A DNA stretch of 46,123 nucleotides from positions 1 through 46,123 of the forward strand of contig SHUZ01000002.1 of NCBI GenBank assembly GCA_009694415.1, written 5' to 3'. Below the pieces are notes generated by a model that was not told the origin of the DNA, did not search any database, and worked only from the letters and a program-made list of their open reading frames with translations. Made by a program: the position numbers and the translations under genes. The DNA comes from Acidimicrobiia bacterium. Lineage in GTDB: Bacteria > Actinomycetota > Acidimicrobiia > IMCC26256 > JAENVU01. Positions 9,406 through 19,391 of the stretch are shown piece after piece (position 1 is the first letter of the stretch; every line of letters starts with the position of its first letter).

Positions 9406-11802
9406 GTGACCGCAACGCCCGTTCCTGCAGCCGTTGCAACTCTCTCGGCCCCACCACCGCGCACTCAGACGGGCCTCGCGGGCTTAACGGCGGACGAGGT
9501 AGCTGATCGAGTCGCGCGCGGCGAAGTGAATGGAGAGGGAGGCCGAACTAGTCGAACGTTGCGTGAAATCGCGAAGGCGAACATCCTCACAAGGTTCAAC
9601 GCGATCCTCGGCACGATGCTTGCGTTGATACTGGTATTCGGTTCCCCTATCGATGGATTGTTCGGGATCGTGCTTGTCGTCAATGCATTGATCGGGATCG
9701 TTCAGGAACTGCGAGCGAAACGAACGCTCGATCGCCTCGCTGTGCTCAACGCTCCGATCGCCCGCGCAGTGCGTGATGGACAACTGATCAAGATTGCAGT
9801 CGAGGACGTGGTGCTAGACGATCTCCTCGAACTACGCACAGGCGACCAGATACCAGCCGACCTGATCGTCACTGCCGCCGAAGGTATGGAGGTAGATGAG
9901 TCTCTACTGACCGGCGAGTCCGACACCGTAGGCAAGCAGAAGGGTGCGTCGCTTCTCTCAGGGAGCATCGTCGTGGCTGGTCGCGGCCGTGCTCAAGCGA
10001 CGGCTGTAGGAGAGGACGCTTATGCCCGACGGCTGGCCACCGAAGCTCGCCGTTTCAAAGTTGTTCACTCCGACCTTGTCGAGGGCATCAACAAGATTCT
10101 CGGTTACGTCACATGGATAGTTGTGATTGTCGGCCCATTGTTGTTTTGGCGTCAATACGCCGATGGAGACTTCGCGGAAGCTGTCACTGGCGCAGTCGCT
10201 GGTGTTGTAGGCATGGTTCCGGAGGGCCTCGTCTTGCTGACAAGCATCGCGTTCGGTGTTGCCGCTGTAACTCTGTCGCGGCGTCAGGTTCTTGTGCAGG
10301 AGTTGCCAGCGGTAGAGGTATTGGCGCGGGTTGATGTTGTGTGCCTTGATAAGACCGGAACCCTCACCGAAGGTGCCGTCGAGATGGGCAGCATTGTTGT
10401 GCTGTCGACAGTCGATCAGGCGGCGATCGACGCGGCACTCGGTGCAATTGCCGATGATGACAACGCCAACGCGACCATGGCCGCGATAGGTGATGTTTAT
10501 GGACCGCCGAAGGGCTGGACTCGCACCGGTACCGTCCCGTTCTCATCGGCGCGCAAATGGAGCGCTGCGAGTTTTTCCGAACACGGCAGTTGGGTTCTCG
10601 GTGCGCCGGAAATGGTGTTGCCGGACGCATCTGACCCGGTGCGCCAAAAAGCAGATGACGCCGCGGCAACGGGAAGCCGCGTATTGCTGCTCGCACAGGG
10701 AACCAGCGCGCTCGATGGCGAAGTTCTACCCGAAGGGATTTCTCCCATAGCGCTCGTGTTACTTGAGGAACGGGTCAGACCTGATGCGGCAGAGACGTTG
10801 GAGTTTTTCACCCGCCAGGGAGTAGCGCTTAAGGTGATCTCCGGAGACAACCCGCGGACGGTAGCCGCAGTCGCGCGGCGGGTATCGCTTCCCGATCCGG
10901 GTGAACCGATTGACGGGCGTGATCTGCCCGAAGACCTTGATGCGCTAGCCGACGTTCTTGAAAGACACTCAGTATTTGGGCGCGTGACGCCGCATCAGAA
11001 ACGAGAGATGGTCAAGGCGTTGCAATCGCGTGGGCATGTCGTTGCCATGACCGGCGACGGAGTCAATGATGCTCTTGCGCTCAAAGACGCTGATATTGGT
11101 GTAGCGATGGGTTCTGGTGCGCCAGCGACGCGCGCAGTAGCGCAACTCGTGTTGCTAGACGGCCGGTTCTCGACTCTCCCAGGAGTCGTGGCCGAGGGGC
11201 GCCGCGTGACGGCGAATATCGAGCGTGTTGCAAACCTCTTCCTCACCAAGACCACATACGCATCGCTTCTTGCGATAGCCATCGTCATTACCGCTTGGCC
11301 GTTCCCGTTCCTTCCGCGCCACCTCACGATCGTGGGCACGTTGACGATTGGTATACCTGCATTTTTCCTTGCGCTCGCGCCGAGTGAGCGGCGATACATT
11401 CCAGGTTTTGTGCAACGGGTGTTTAGGTTTGCACTCCCGGCCGGAAGCATTGCTGCAGTTTGCGTGTTCGCTACCTATGCGTTCGCGCGGAGCCAAAAAC
11501 TTTCGACGCTCGATGCACGTACTGCCGCGACGATGGTTCTGATGGTCATCGGATTGTGGGTGCTAGTAATCCTTTCGAGACCACTCACCGTCTATCGCGG
11601 CGCACTGCTTGCGGCGATAGTTGGACTATTCCTAGGGGTGTTGGCGATCATTCCACTGCGCGACTTCTACGCTCTCGCTATACCGCCTGGGAACGTTGTT
11701 TGGGTTGGGATGTTGATCGCGGTTGTCGGCTGCGCCGGGGTGGAGTGTGCCTACAGACTCATGTTGAGGCGCGAGCACCTGCAAGTTGCCCCGAGCGACT
11801 AG
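9406..11802 (+). CDS. P-type cation-transporting ATPase, CtpE-like
   Basis: LTGES, PEGL, DKTGTLTEG, KVISGDN, TGDGVND; multiple TM helices. Confidence 0.9.
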   Translation: MTATPVPAAVATLSAPPPRTQTGLAGLTADEVADRVARGEVNGEGGRTSRTLREIAKANILTRFNAILGTMLALILVFGSPIDGLFGIVLVVNALIGIVQELRAKRTLDRLAVLNAPIARAVRDGQLIKIAVEDVVLDDLLELRTGDQIPADLIVTAAEGMEVDESLLTGESDTVGKQKGASLLSGSIVVAGRGRAQATAVGEDAYARRLATEARRFKVVHSDLVEGINKILGYVTWIVVIVGPLLFWRQYADGDFAEAVTGAVAGVVGMVPEGLVLLTSIAFGVAAVTLSRRQVLVQELPAVEVLARVDVVCLDKTGTLTEGAVEMGSIVVLSTVDQAAIDAALGAIADDDNANATMAAIGDVYGPPKGWTRTGTVPFSSARKWSAASFSEHGSWVLGAPEMVLPDASDPVRQKADDAAATGSRVLLLAQGTSALDGEVLPEGISPIALVLLEERVRPDAAETLEFFTRQGVALKVISGDNPRTVAAVARRVSLPDPGEPIDGRDLPEDLDALADVLERHSVFGRVTPHQKREMVKALQSRGHVVAMTGDGVNDALALKDADIGVAMGSGAPATRAVAQLVLLDGRFSTLPGVVAEGRRVTANIERVANLFLTKTTYASLLAIAIVITAWPFPFLPRHLTIVGTLTIGIPAFFLALAPSERRYIPGFVQRVFRFALPAGSIAAVCVFATYAFARSQKLSTLDARTAATMVLMVIGLWVLVILSRPLTVYRGALLAAIVGLFLGVLAIIPLRDFYALAIPPGNVVWVGMLIAVVGCAGVECAYRLMLRREHLQVAPSD

Positions 11803-11833
11803 AAGCGGCGACGAAGTCAGCGATCATCGAGTG

Positions 11834-12847
11834 TTATAGCCATTGCTTGCGTCGGAAAAATATGGCTAGTGAAGAGGTGACTGTCACCATTAAGATGAGC
11901 GCTGCAGGGTAACCCCAGGAGGTGTTCTGGAGGAACATGTTTTGGAAGTTCATCCCATAGATGCCGGCGATCAATGAAGGCACGAGGATGAGCGCTCCCC
12001 AACTCGACATCTTCTTCATTGCGTCGTTCATTCGGTTCGAAACGATGGCGAGGTGGCCTCCGAGCATTCCGGCTAGGAGATCCCGTTGTGTGTCGAGAGC
12101 GTCTGCGACGCGCATGCTGTAGTCCCATAAGTCGTTCATCCGAATGGTTGAGTCGCTTCCGAGCCATGGAACTTCCGGACGAGATAGAGCATGGGTGACC
12201 TCGCGAATAGGCGCTGTTGCATGACGGAAACGCACTAGGTCGCGGCGGACAGTGAAGATTTCCTTCGGTATCGTATCGACGACGTCATGATCGAAGACGA
12301 CATCTTCGATTGATTCGAGGCAATCGTCCAACCATTCCGAGGCGACGAAGTAACCGTCGATCACGGTGTCGAGCAGTGCCCATAGCAGTAGCCCGAGGTC
12401 GTCACCGTGTATGCCGGCGCGTATCGATTCGAATCGATGTCTTCCAGGTTCGAGGGTGGCATCGTTTTCAGGCTCCCCATGACGAACCATAAGAAGCCAG
12501 TCCTGGCCGAATACGAGGTCTACCTCGCAAGTCGTGAGATGGTCTTCGATTGGAGCGAGCATCTGAATCGCAACATGGAACTGGTCGCCACGTTGTACGA
12601 GCTTGGTGCGTTGCTTATCACCGTGTAGGTCATCGCGAACGAGAGCGTGCAACGACAGGTATTCGGCGATGAGGTCCAGCTCGTCGGAACTCGGGGCGGT
12701 CACATCGACGAGTAACAAAGTCGCACTCTCGCTACGAGCATCGTCGAGTGCAGTCGCGAGCGACTCGGGGGCCACCGGATCTCCTTCGAACGAGCAGGCT
12801 CCTTTGGCGGCAGCGTTGAATGGTCGATATTTCCAGGCTCGGATCAT
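11834..12847 (-). CDS. corA: CorA-family Mg2+/Co2+ transporter
   Basis: AGIYGMNF signature between two C-terminal TM helices; ATG 12847 is 7 nt after TAGGCT. Confidence 0.88.
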   Translation of the reverse strand: MIRAWKYRPFNAAAKGACSFEGDPVAPESLATALDDARSESATLLLVDVTAPSSDELDLIAEYLSLHALVRDDLHGDKQRTKLVQRGDQFHVAIQMLAPIEDHLTTCEVDLVFGQDWLLMVRHGEPENDATLEPGRHRFESIRAGIHGDDLGLLLWALLDTVIDGYFVASEWLDDCLESIEDVVFDHDVVDTIPKEIFTVRRDLVRFRHATAPIREVTHALSRPEVPWLGSDSTIRMNDLWDYSMRVADALDTQRDLLAGMLGGHLAIVSNRMNDAMKKMSSWGALILVPSLIAGIYGMNFQNMFLQNTSWGYPAALILMVTVTSSLAIFFRRKQWL

Positions 12848-12905
12848 CGTGCCGAGCCTAGGGACTAAGCGGCACGATGCGCGTGATCTTGCGCAGCCCT
12901 GTGCT

Positions 12906-14750
12906 CTACGCAGGTGGCGCAGGTGGAACCGCGGGAACAACAGGAACCGGTGCCGGACCGGTGCCGCGGGCGATCTTGCGCGGTGTTACCGCGTACCTCT
13001 CGACGAACCTTTGGCGCTTTTCAGGTTGCCCAACCCTGTTGATCACTCTGAAGTTCTCGACCACGTAACCTTCGTGTCCTGGAGCTAGTTCCTTCTCGGT
13101 TCCGACCGGCATCGCAGGATCATCGATGTATTCGACCGGCGCCAGGAGTGTCTCCAAGGTATTCGGACCTTCAGCGCGGCAGGAGCGCCCTTCCTTGTTG
13201 CCGTATAGCGACACCGTGATTGAAGTAGGGCTGTACGACGTGCGTATTAAGACTCCAGAGTTCGAGTCATTGCGGAACTTGTTGTCGATCGAAGGGAAGT
13301 TGAGCGTTGCTTCTCGCCCCATTGGGTACCGGGAGATATAAAGCGCGTGAACAGTGTGTGTCACATCTTCGTAACAACCAAAGAAAGTTGCGTTGTAGAG
13401 CGTCGTCGAAATTTGACTGACACCTCCGCCAATTGCATCTTCGTACTCAAGGTCGGCTCGGATGGCAGGCGCGGCGACGTACCCCTTTTCGGTTGTGCGC
13501 GGGCCGAGGGTCCCGTTCAGCGAGAAGGTCGCGCCTGGTTCGACGATCGTGTTGTTCAGCGCATCGGAAGCAGTGTGGATATTCGTAACGCGCTGCGCGC
13601 AGCAAGGGTGATTTGTTGTGTAGCTGGAAACGAGTTCAGTGATGTTGAGTTTTTCCGCCCAAGTGGTCGAGCGCGCAGGTTCGGATTTTTGTATCGGCGC
13701 TGTGACAGCGTGCTTACCGCGACCGATTTGTCGTGCAACTACATCAACGTTCGCGAGACTCCCTGTTGTGGCCGGAATCACGCTCACTGTTGATCCAGAG
13801 ACGGAGAAACCTGCGTCCTTGGGGAGCGTCTCTACTGGCCCTAGTCCAGGTGCGAGTTCTGCGCGCAACTTCACAGGGTCAGAACGCAGAGCTAAGTTCG
13901 ATTCAAGGATTTGCGTTGAGAGCGTTCGGGCTACCTGTTCCGGAGAAAGCGTGATGTCGGTGCCGTCAGCCGTTACTACCACGGGGTCCGCCAACAAAGC
14001 CCGCGCCCTGCGCGCGGCGTCGCGCAAGTCTTTGATATCGATTGCAGGTGTGGTGTGGCCGATTGCAATGGATCCGGCATCGCTCTCTCCACGCGTCAAT
14101 GCAGCTACCACCGCACCCCTCGCCTCCCCGCGGTTGATACCTGTCCCGGCCTTCGGGGCAATCTCGATCACATGCGATCCTTCGAAGGCCAACCCACCGT
14201 CCACGAGTCCCTTGCCGGTTTCCGATACCCAAGCGTCCATCACTCCCTCCACCCTGTGTTGATTGAGCGTGATCGATAGTGGGACGCGGTCATCGCGGGT
14301 GCGGCGCAAGATTGTTCCTACGAGTTGATTGAGTGGGTTGGCCGATCTGCCAGCCTTGCGCGCGCTTCGCACCGTTGCAGGTAGGTCGATCACAAGACCA
14401 AGTGCAGAAGGATCGACAGACAAGGTCTTGTCTCCCGCTCGAATCGTGACGGGCGTCGCGTACAACCGGTCGGATTCAGCCTGCAACACGGCCAGAGCCT
14501 CTTGTTCGCTCAAGCCGCCAAGAGATACATGACCGACGGTCACCCCTGGCATGACCTGGTTCCTAAATGCAACGCGATCGGCTAGGGCGCTAGCGACAAA
14601 AAGCAGCACAATCAGCCCAATGATCAACCCCACAAACGGCGCTCGTCGGTGACTCCAGGCCCGTGCGAGCCGTTCACGGCCTGGGGCATGCAATGGATGC
14701 AATTCAGGCGGCTGGTTGGGCACGGGAGCAGGGGAGGTGTCGACGGTCAC
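12906..14750 (-). CDS. Membrane-anchored VanW-family protein with peptidoglycan-binding repeats and a G5-like C-terminus
   Basis: N-terminal TM helix; RVTNI, FSLNGTLGPRT..KGY, GGGVSQISTTLYNA, YISRYPMGREAT, KFRND. Confidence 0.85.
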   Translation of the reverse strand: MTVDTSPAPVPNQPPELHPLHAPGRERLARAWSHRRAPFVGLIIGLIVLLFVASALADRVAFRNQVMPGVTVGHVSLGGLSEQEALAVLQAESDRLYATPVTIRAGDKTLSVDPSALGLVIDLPATVRSARKAGRSANPLNQLVGTILRRTRDDRVPLSITLNQHRVEGVMDAWVSETGKGLVDGGLAFEGSHVIEIAPKAGTGINRGEARGAVVAALTRGESDAGSIAIGHTTPAIDIKDLRDAARRARALLADPVVVTADGTDITLSPEQVARTLSTQILESNLALRSDPVKLRAELAPGLGPVETLPKDAGFSVSGSTVSVIPATTGSLANVDVVARQIGRGKHAVTAPIQKSEPARSTTWAEKLNITELVSSYTTNHPCCAQRVTNIHTASDALNNTIVEPGATFSLNGTLGPRTTEKGYVAAPAIRADLEYEDAIGGGVSQISTTLYNATFFGCYEDVTHTVHALYISRYPMGREATLNFPSIDNKFRNDSNSGVLIRTSYSPTSITVSLYGNKEGRSCRAEGPNTLETLLAPVEYIDDPAMPVGTEKELAPGHEGYVVENFRVINRVGQPEKRQRFVERYAVTPRKIARGTGPAPVPVVPAVPPAPPA

Positions 14751-14857
14751 TAGGACACGAAAATTAGCGCATGGAGCTGGCTTTGCCGGGTCGGTGTGCG
14801 GTTGATCATGCGATCAGCCGGTGACCTACGCTGCGCCTACAAGGGTCGAGGAGAAGC

Positions 14858-16135
14858 ATGGTCGTCGAAACGCGAGTCAAGAGCCCCGAACAGTTGCGAG
14901 ACCAGACTCTCGCGTGGCTGAACGAGCAGCTTCCTCCAGGGTGGCTCGAGGCGACAGACTCCGGCGACGCCGACGGCGTGGCGACGCTACGCGCAACTCT
15001 TGACTACGCCGACTGGTGCGTGCGATTCGGAACAGCTGGATACGCAACGCCGACGTGGCCGTCCGAATATGGAGCGGGACTGTCGCTCTCACCGGGCGAG
15101 GCCAGGCATGTCAATGATGTACTAAATCACTACAAGGTGCCGCGGCCGTACAACATCATCGGGATCGGGATGGGCGGTCCAACCCTCCTCGCATGGGGCA
15201 CCGAGGAAATGAAGCATCGCCTGCTGAAACCGTTGGCGTGCAATATTGAAATCTGGTGTCAACTATTCAGCGAGCCGGTCGCTGGTTCTGACGTTGCGGG
15301 ACTGGCAACGCGCGCTGTGCGCGACGGAGATGAGTGGGTAGTGAATGGGCAGAAGGTTTGGACGACGGTTGCCCACATTTCCCGATGGGGAATGCTCCTT
15401 TGTCGCACCAATCCCGATGTTCCCAAGCACTCAGGCTTGTCGTACTTCGTGGTCGACATGCACCAACCGGAAGTAGAAACGCGACCCCTGGTGCAGATCA
15501 CGGGGGATGCTGAGTTCAACGAGGTGTTCTTTACCGATGCTCGAGTTCGCAATGACTGGATGCTCGGTCGCGAGGGTGACGGATGGAAGGTCGCGATTAC
15601 CACGCTCATGAACGAGCGAGTCTCGTTGTCCGGTGCCGGCTCTATAGGCGGCGATGCGGTAGGCGGAAGTCCGGTGGAACGACTTATCGAACGTCACCGT
15701 GGCATCACCGATCCGGTATCCCGTCAACGGCTGTCGCAGGCATACATCGAGAGCCGTATAATTCGGATGAACAACGACCGTGCAACTGCGAAGCGTAAGA
15801 GCGGTGGCGAAGCCGGACCAGAAGGTTCGATCACCAAACTCCAGCAGGCCGAGTTCAACCAACGTGTCCAAAAACTCGCGATCGATCTTGAAGGTGCATC
15901 AGGGGTGGCCTGGGAAGGCCACAACCTTTCTTTGACGGAGCGTGTAGGCCGGTCCCCGCAAGTGGATCCCGGTGAATCAGTAGCATTCGGATTCTTGAGA
16001 GCGCAGGCCAACACAATTGAGGGTGGTACGTCCGACATCATGCGAAACATCCTCGGCGAACGCGTACTCGGTTTGCCGAAGGAGCCGGACACGTCACGCG
16101 AACTCGCTTGGAAGGATGTCTTGCGATCAAGTTGA
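14858..16135 (+). CDS. Acyl-CoA dehydrogenase (FadE-type)
   Basis: WCQLFSEPVAGSDVAGL, NGQKVWT, FNEVFF, TTLMNER, TIEGGTSDIMRNILGERVLGLP; SD GAGGAG. Confidence 0.92.
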   Translation: MVVETRVKSPEQLRDQTLAWLNEQLPPGWLEATDSGDADGVATLRATLDYADWCVRFGTAGYATPTWPSEYGAGLSLSPGEARHVNDVLNHYKVPRPYNIIGIGMGGPTLLAWGTEEMKHRLLKPLACNIEIWCQLFSEPVAGSDVAGLATRAVRDGDEWVVNGQKVWTTVAHISRWGMLLCRTNPDVPKHSGLSYFVVDMHQPEVETRPLVQITGDAEFNEVFFTDARVRNDWMLGREGDGWKVAITTLMNERVSLSGAGSIGGDAVGGSPVERLIERHRGITDPVSRQRLSQAYIESRIIRMNNDRATAKRKSGGEAGPEGSITKLQQAEFNQRVQKLAIDLEGASGVAWEGHNLSLTERVGRSPQVDPGESVAFGFLRAQANTIEGGTSDIMRNILGERVLGLPKEPDTSRELAWKDVLRSS

Positions 16136-17199
16136 ACAGCGGATTCGGTCGCTTTCTTCGACGCCGTGGGACGCCCGCGGATGAGATCGCGCGATCGGCT
16201 GAAGACGGTTCGATAGTTCTGCTAATGCTCGACCACTTGTTGACGCCGGGGACTCCGACGCTGACGCCAGAAACCCTCGCTAATCGCGCTGGCGTTGATC
16301 GCGAGTTCTCCAATCGTCTTTGGCGAGCAATCGGCTTTCCCGACCTTCCAGAGAATGTCCCCGTCTTCACCGAGGAAGGCTTAGACGCGTTGCGGAACAT
16401 CACGGGCGGGCTTAACAGTTTCCTTACGACCGATGAAGACCCAGAGGAAGCACTCGTAAGACAAGTCCGTGCCATTTGTGCAGGACTTTCGAGGATTGCA
16501 GAAGTCCTGAGTGATGGAATCGCAGCTTCGATAACCACTGCGCGCCAGGTTGGAACGTCTGAACAGGACATCGCCTCATTGTTGGTCGATGGGCTCGACT
16601 GGCATCGCATTTCGAATCTCACCGACTACGCGCTGCGCCTTCAAGTTAGGGCTGCCGTACGGCGCAAGTGTTCCGTTGAGAATGAGCCGACATCGGATCT
16701 GAGTGTTGGTTTCCTCGATCTAGTTGGCTACACGGCGATCAGCCAAGAGCTCGACTCAGTGGACCTAGACAATTTGATCGTGCGCTTCGATGCTTTGACC
16801 CGAGACTCTGTAGCCGAACTGGGTGGTCGGGTCGTGAAGACGATTGGCGATGAAGTTATGTACGTTGCCGACGACCCACATGTCGCCGTAGAGATTGCGT
16901 TGCGCTTGACGGAGCGAACCGCTGGCGACGACCAACTACCTGAGGCGCGCGCGGGAGTGGATCTTGGAGCCGCTGTAACACGAGACGGCGACTACTACGG
17001 TCCCGCCGTCAATCTCGCACACAGGTTGGTAGAGGTTGCTCGTCCTGGAACTGTCCTCGTATCGGGGAGCGTTCATGATGCCGTCAGCGAAAACCCAGAG
17101 TTCGCATGGTCGCGCATGCGCGTTCGACGCATCCGCGACATCGGACGCATCGAGACGTTTTCGGTACGCTCCGGTGACCGTTCCACAACAGTGCATTAG
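16132..17199 (+). CDS. Class III adenylate cyclase with N-terminal regulatory domain (Rv1264/Rv2212-like)
   Basis: GFLDLVGYT, VVKTIGDEVM, GDYYGPAVNLAHRL (Lys/Asp ATP-specifying pair, Asn/Arg); RLWRAIGFP regulatory motif; TTGA overlap with upstream stop. Confidence 0.85.
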   Translation: MNSGFGRFLRRRGTPADEIARSAEDGSIVLLMLDHLLTPGTPTLTPETLANRAGVDREFSNRLWRAIGFPDLPENVPVFTEEGLDALRNITGGLNSFLTTDEDPEEALVRQVRAICAGLSRIAEVLSDGIAASITTARQVGTSEQDIASLLVDGLDWHRISNLTDYALRLQVRAAVRRKCSVENEPTSDLSVGFLDLVGYTAISQELDSVDLDNLIVRFDALTRDSVAELGGRVVKTIGDEVMYVADDPHVAVEIALRLTERTAGDDQLPEARAGVDLGAAVTRDGDYYGPAVNLAHRLVEVARPGTVLVSGSVHDAVSENPEFAWSRMRVRRIRDIGRIETFSVRSGDRSTTVH

Positions 17200-17214
17200 T
17201 AGATTCACCGGGAT

Positions 17215-18108
17215 ATGAACAGCGAACCACTTTGCCTTCTGAGCGTTCATGCTCATCCCGACGATGAAGCGTCGAAGGGCGCCGCTACCGTCGCGAAATA
17301 TGCAGCCGAAGGGATCCGAGGCGTCCTGGTTTGTTGTACTGGCGGCGAAGAAGGCGACATCCTCAATCCGGCTGTCGATACACCAGAGGTTCGTGCGGAC
17401 CTGACGAACGTGCGGGTGAAAGAGTTAGAAAACAGCGCGGATGCGATCGGATACGCGTCGTTACAAATGCTCGGCTATCGCGATTCTGGGATGAAGGACT
17501 CCGATGCGAATAGCCACGCGGAGAACTTCGCTAATGCTCCCTTCGACGAAGCCGTCGAAAAACTCGTGCGGATCATTCGTGCTGAACGCCCCCAGGTACT
17601 AATCACTTATGGCGACGAGAGCGCGTATTACCCACATCCCGACCACGTGAAGGTCCACCAGATCTCAATGCCCGCTTTTGAAGCTGCAGGAGATGCCGAA
17701 GCATTTCCAGATGCGGGGAGCCCTTGGCAGCCGAAGAAGATTTATTACACAGGCTGGTCTGGGCGTCGAATAAAGGCATTGCACGAGGCCTTTCTGGCGC
17801 GCGGCGAGGAGAGCCCTTACGTTGGATGGTTGGAACGCGGCATAGACGGCCGCGACGACCATCGATTCACAACATTCATCGATGTAAGCGACTTCTTGCA
17901 CAAACGTAGAGAGGCGCTGCTGGCGCATCGAACGCAGGTCGACCCCGATGGCTTCTGGATGCGCTTGCCCGATGATGTGATCCGCGCCGTGTTCCCTTTC
18001 GAAGAGTTCATTCTTGCCCACTCGCTAGTCGACAACCATGTTGGCGACGGCGACGTGGAAGACGATCTCTTCGCCGGGCTACGGACTGAAACCCGCGCTA
18101 CGGTCTGA
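17215..18108 (+). CDS. mca: Mycothiol S-conjugate amidase (PIG-L family)
   Basis: VHAHPDDEASKGAATVAKY, CTGGEEG.ILNP, LGYRDSG, YPHPDH, ALLAHRTQVDP, EDDLFAGL. Confidence 0.88.
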   Translation: MNSEPLCLLSVHAHPDDEASKGAATVAKYAAEGIRGVLVCCTGGEEGDILNPAVDTPEVRADLTNVRVKELENSADAIGYASLQMLGYRDSGMKDSDANSHAENFANAPFDEAVEKLVRIIRAERPQVLITYGDESAYYPHPDHVKVHQISMPAFEAAGDAEAFPDAGSPWQPKKIYYTGWSGRRIKALHEAFLARGEESPYVGWLERGIDGRDDHRFTTFIDVSDFLHKRREALLAHRTQVDPDGFWMRLPDDVIRAVFPFEEFILAHSLVDNHVGDGDVEDDLFAGLRTETRATV

Positions 18109-18143
18109 TCGGTCTACGATCCACTAACGGAGGCACTGCAGCT

Positions 18144-18530
18144 ATGGCCAAGTATTTGTCGCAGGAATGGATTGACGAAACTCGCGTATTGGCCGAGAGT
18201 CAACCCGAACGCCCCGGCTCATCTGCCCGCATGCAGTATGTCGTCAATGGTGGACCTGACGGAACCATTAAGTACTACTGGCGCATTGAAGACGGCCAGC
18301 TCATCGAGAGCGCGCTGGGCGAGATGGAAGGTGCCGACTTCACGATGACGCTCTCCTATGCAGACTCCGTGAAGGTCCAGAATGGAGAACTCGACGCGAA
18401 CTCGGCGTTCATGCAGGGTCGTATGAAGGTGACCGGCAACATGGCCAAACTCATGCAATTGATGCCGCTGACCAACTCACCTGAGTACAAGGCGTTGCAG
18501 GAAGAGATTCGCAAAGTAACGGAGTACTAA
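18144..18530 (+). CDS. SCP2 sterol/lipid-binding domain protein
   Basis: YLSQEW start, GELDANSAFMQGRMKVTGNMAKLM; SD GGAGG. Confidence 0.88.
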   Translation: MAKYLSQEWIDETRVLAESQPERPGSSARMQYVVNGGPDGTIKYYWRIEDGQLIESALGEMEGADFTMTLSYADSVKVQNGELDANSAFMQGRMKVTGNMAKLMQLMPLTNSPEYKALQEEIRKVTEY

Positions 18531-18554
18531 CTTCGACGACTCACAAGTCGCCAG

Positions 18555-19382
18555 TTACGACCTCTGAATCTCTCGCAGTTCTCGATATCCAATCAATGTC
18601 GCGTCCGAACGCGTGATGAGATCTGCGAACGCCGCATCTTCGCAAAGCGTCGCGTGATCTTCGACCCTATTGGCCCAGTCCGGATGCGATGAGCGTAGTT
18701 CGTCTGTGTCAACAGCCGGATGGAAGTAGACCTCGGTGACGCCCGGCCGTAGTTGCGAAAGAGCCTTTTCAATCGCTTTCTTCGAGCCGACCGATGTGTA
18801 GATGAAGTGATCGGAGAAGCAGATGCCTTCCTCGGCCGCGATGCGTCTGAACGGAAAGCCGACGAGTGGTTCTGCGCTCGCGCCTGCCATGCGTAATGGC
18901 AACGCGAATTCGCAAGCGAGTTCCAGGTACACGCTGAAGAACTCCGGTTTCAATTGGAGCGTCCCCATGTGACTATCGAGGTGACTGACATCGAAGCCCC
19001 AGAGAATGGCGCGTTCAATCTGCGCGCGACATTCTTTGGTCACTTCTTCGATGTCCGCATGTTCCCAGACATCTTCGACGGTACGCGGGAATCCTCCATC
19101 GCCATCGAGCAGGCTCGGTGAACGTGTGATTGGGCCCCATCGGTATCTTTCCCACTCTGACGTCAGGGTGAGATGCACACCTACGTCCTCGCCGCGGTAG
19201 TCAGCCGCAGCATCACGTGACCATGGGCAGGGGACCATGAGAGTGGCACTAGTTGCTACACCGGTACGGAGGGATTCGTAAATGGCGACATTCGCCGATC
19301 GTGAGGATCCGAGATCGTCGCAGTTGATGATCACGAGTTTCGCGTCGGGCGCGTAGCCGAGCCGTTCTGCGAGCGTGGACAC
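18555..19382 (-). CDS. YdjC/ChbG-family carbohydrate deacetylase
   Basis: INCDDLG, SATLMVPCP, VGVHLTL, SHLDSHMG, EVYFHP. Confidence 0.87.
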   Translation of the reverse strand: MSTLAERLGYAPDAKLVIINCDDLGSSRSANVAIYESLRTGVATSATLMVPCPWSRDAAADYRGEDVGVHLTLTSEWERYRWGPITRSPSLLDGDGGFPRTVEDVWEHADIEEVTKECRAQIERAILWGFDVSHLDSHMGTLQLKPEFFSVYLELACEFALPLRMAGASAEPLVGFPFRRIAAEEGICFSDHFIYTSVGSKKAIEKALSQLRPGVTEVYFHPAVDTDELRSSHPDWANRVEDHATLCEDAAFADLITRSDATLIGYRELREIQRS

Positions 19383-19391
19383 GTTTACAGG

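Noticed and set aside
12906-14750. VanW as part of a vancomycin-resistance cluster
   Set aside because: No vanHAX or vanRS nearby; VanW-domain proteins are widespread cell-wall proteins
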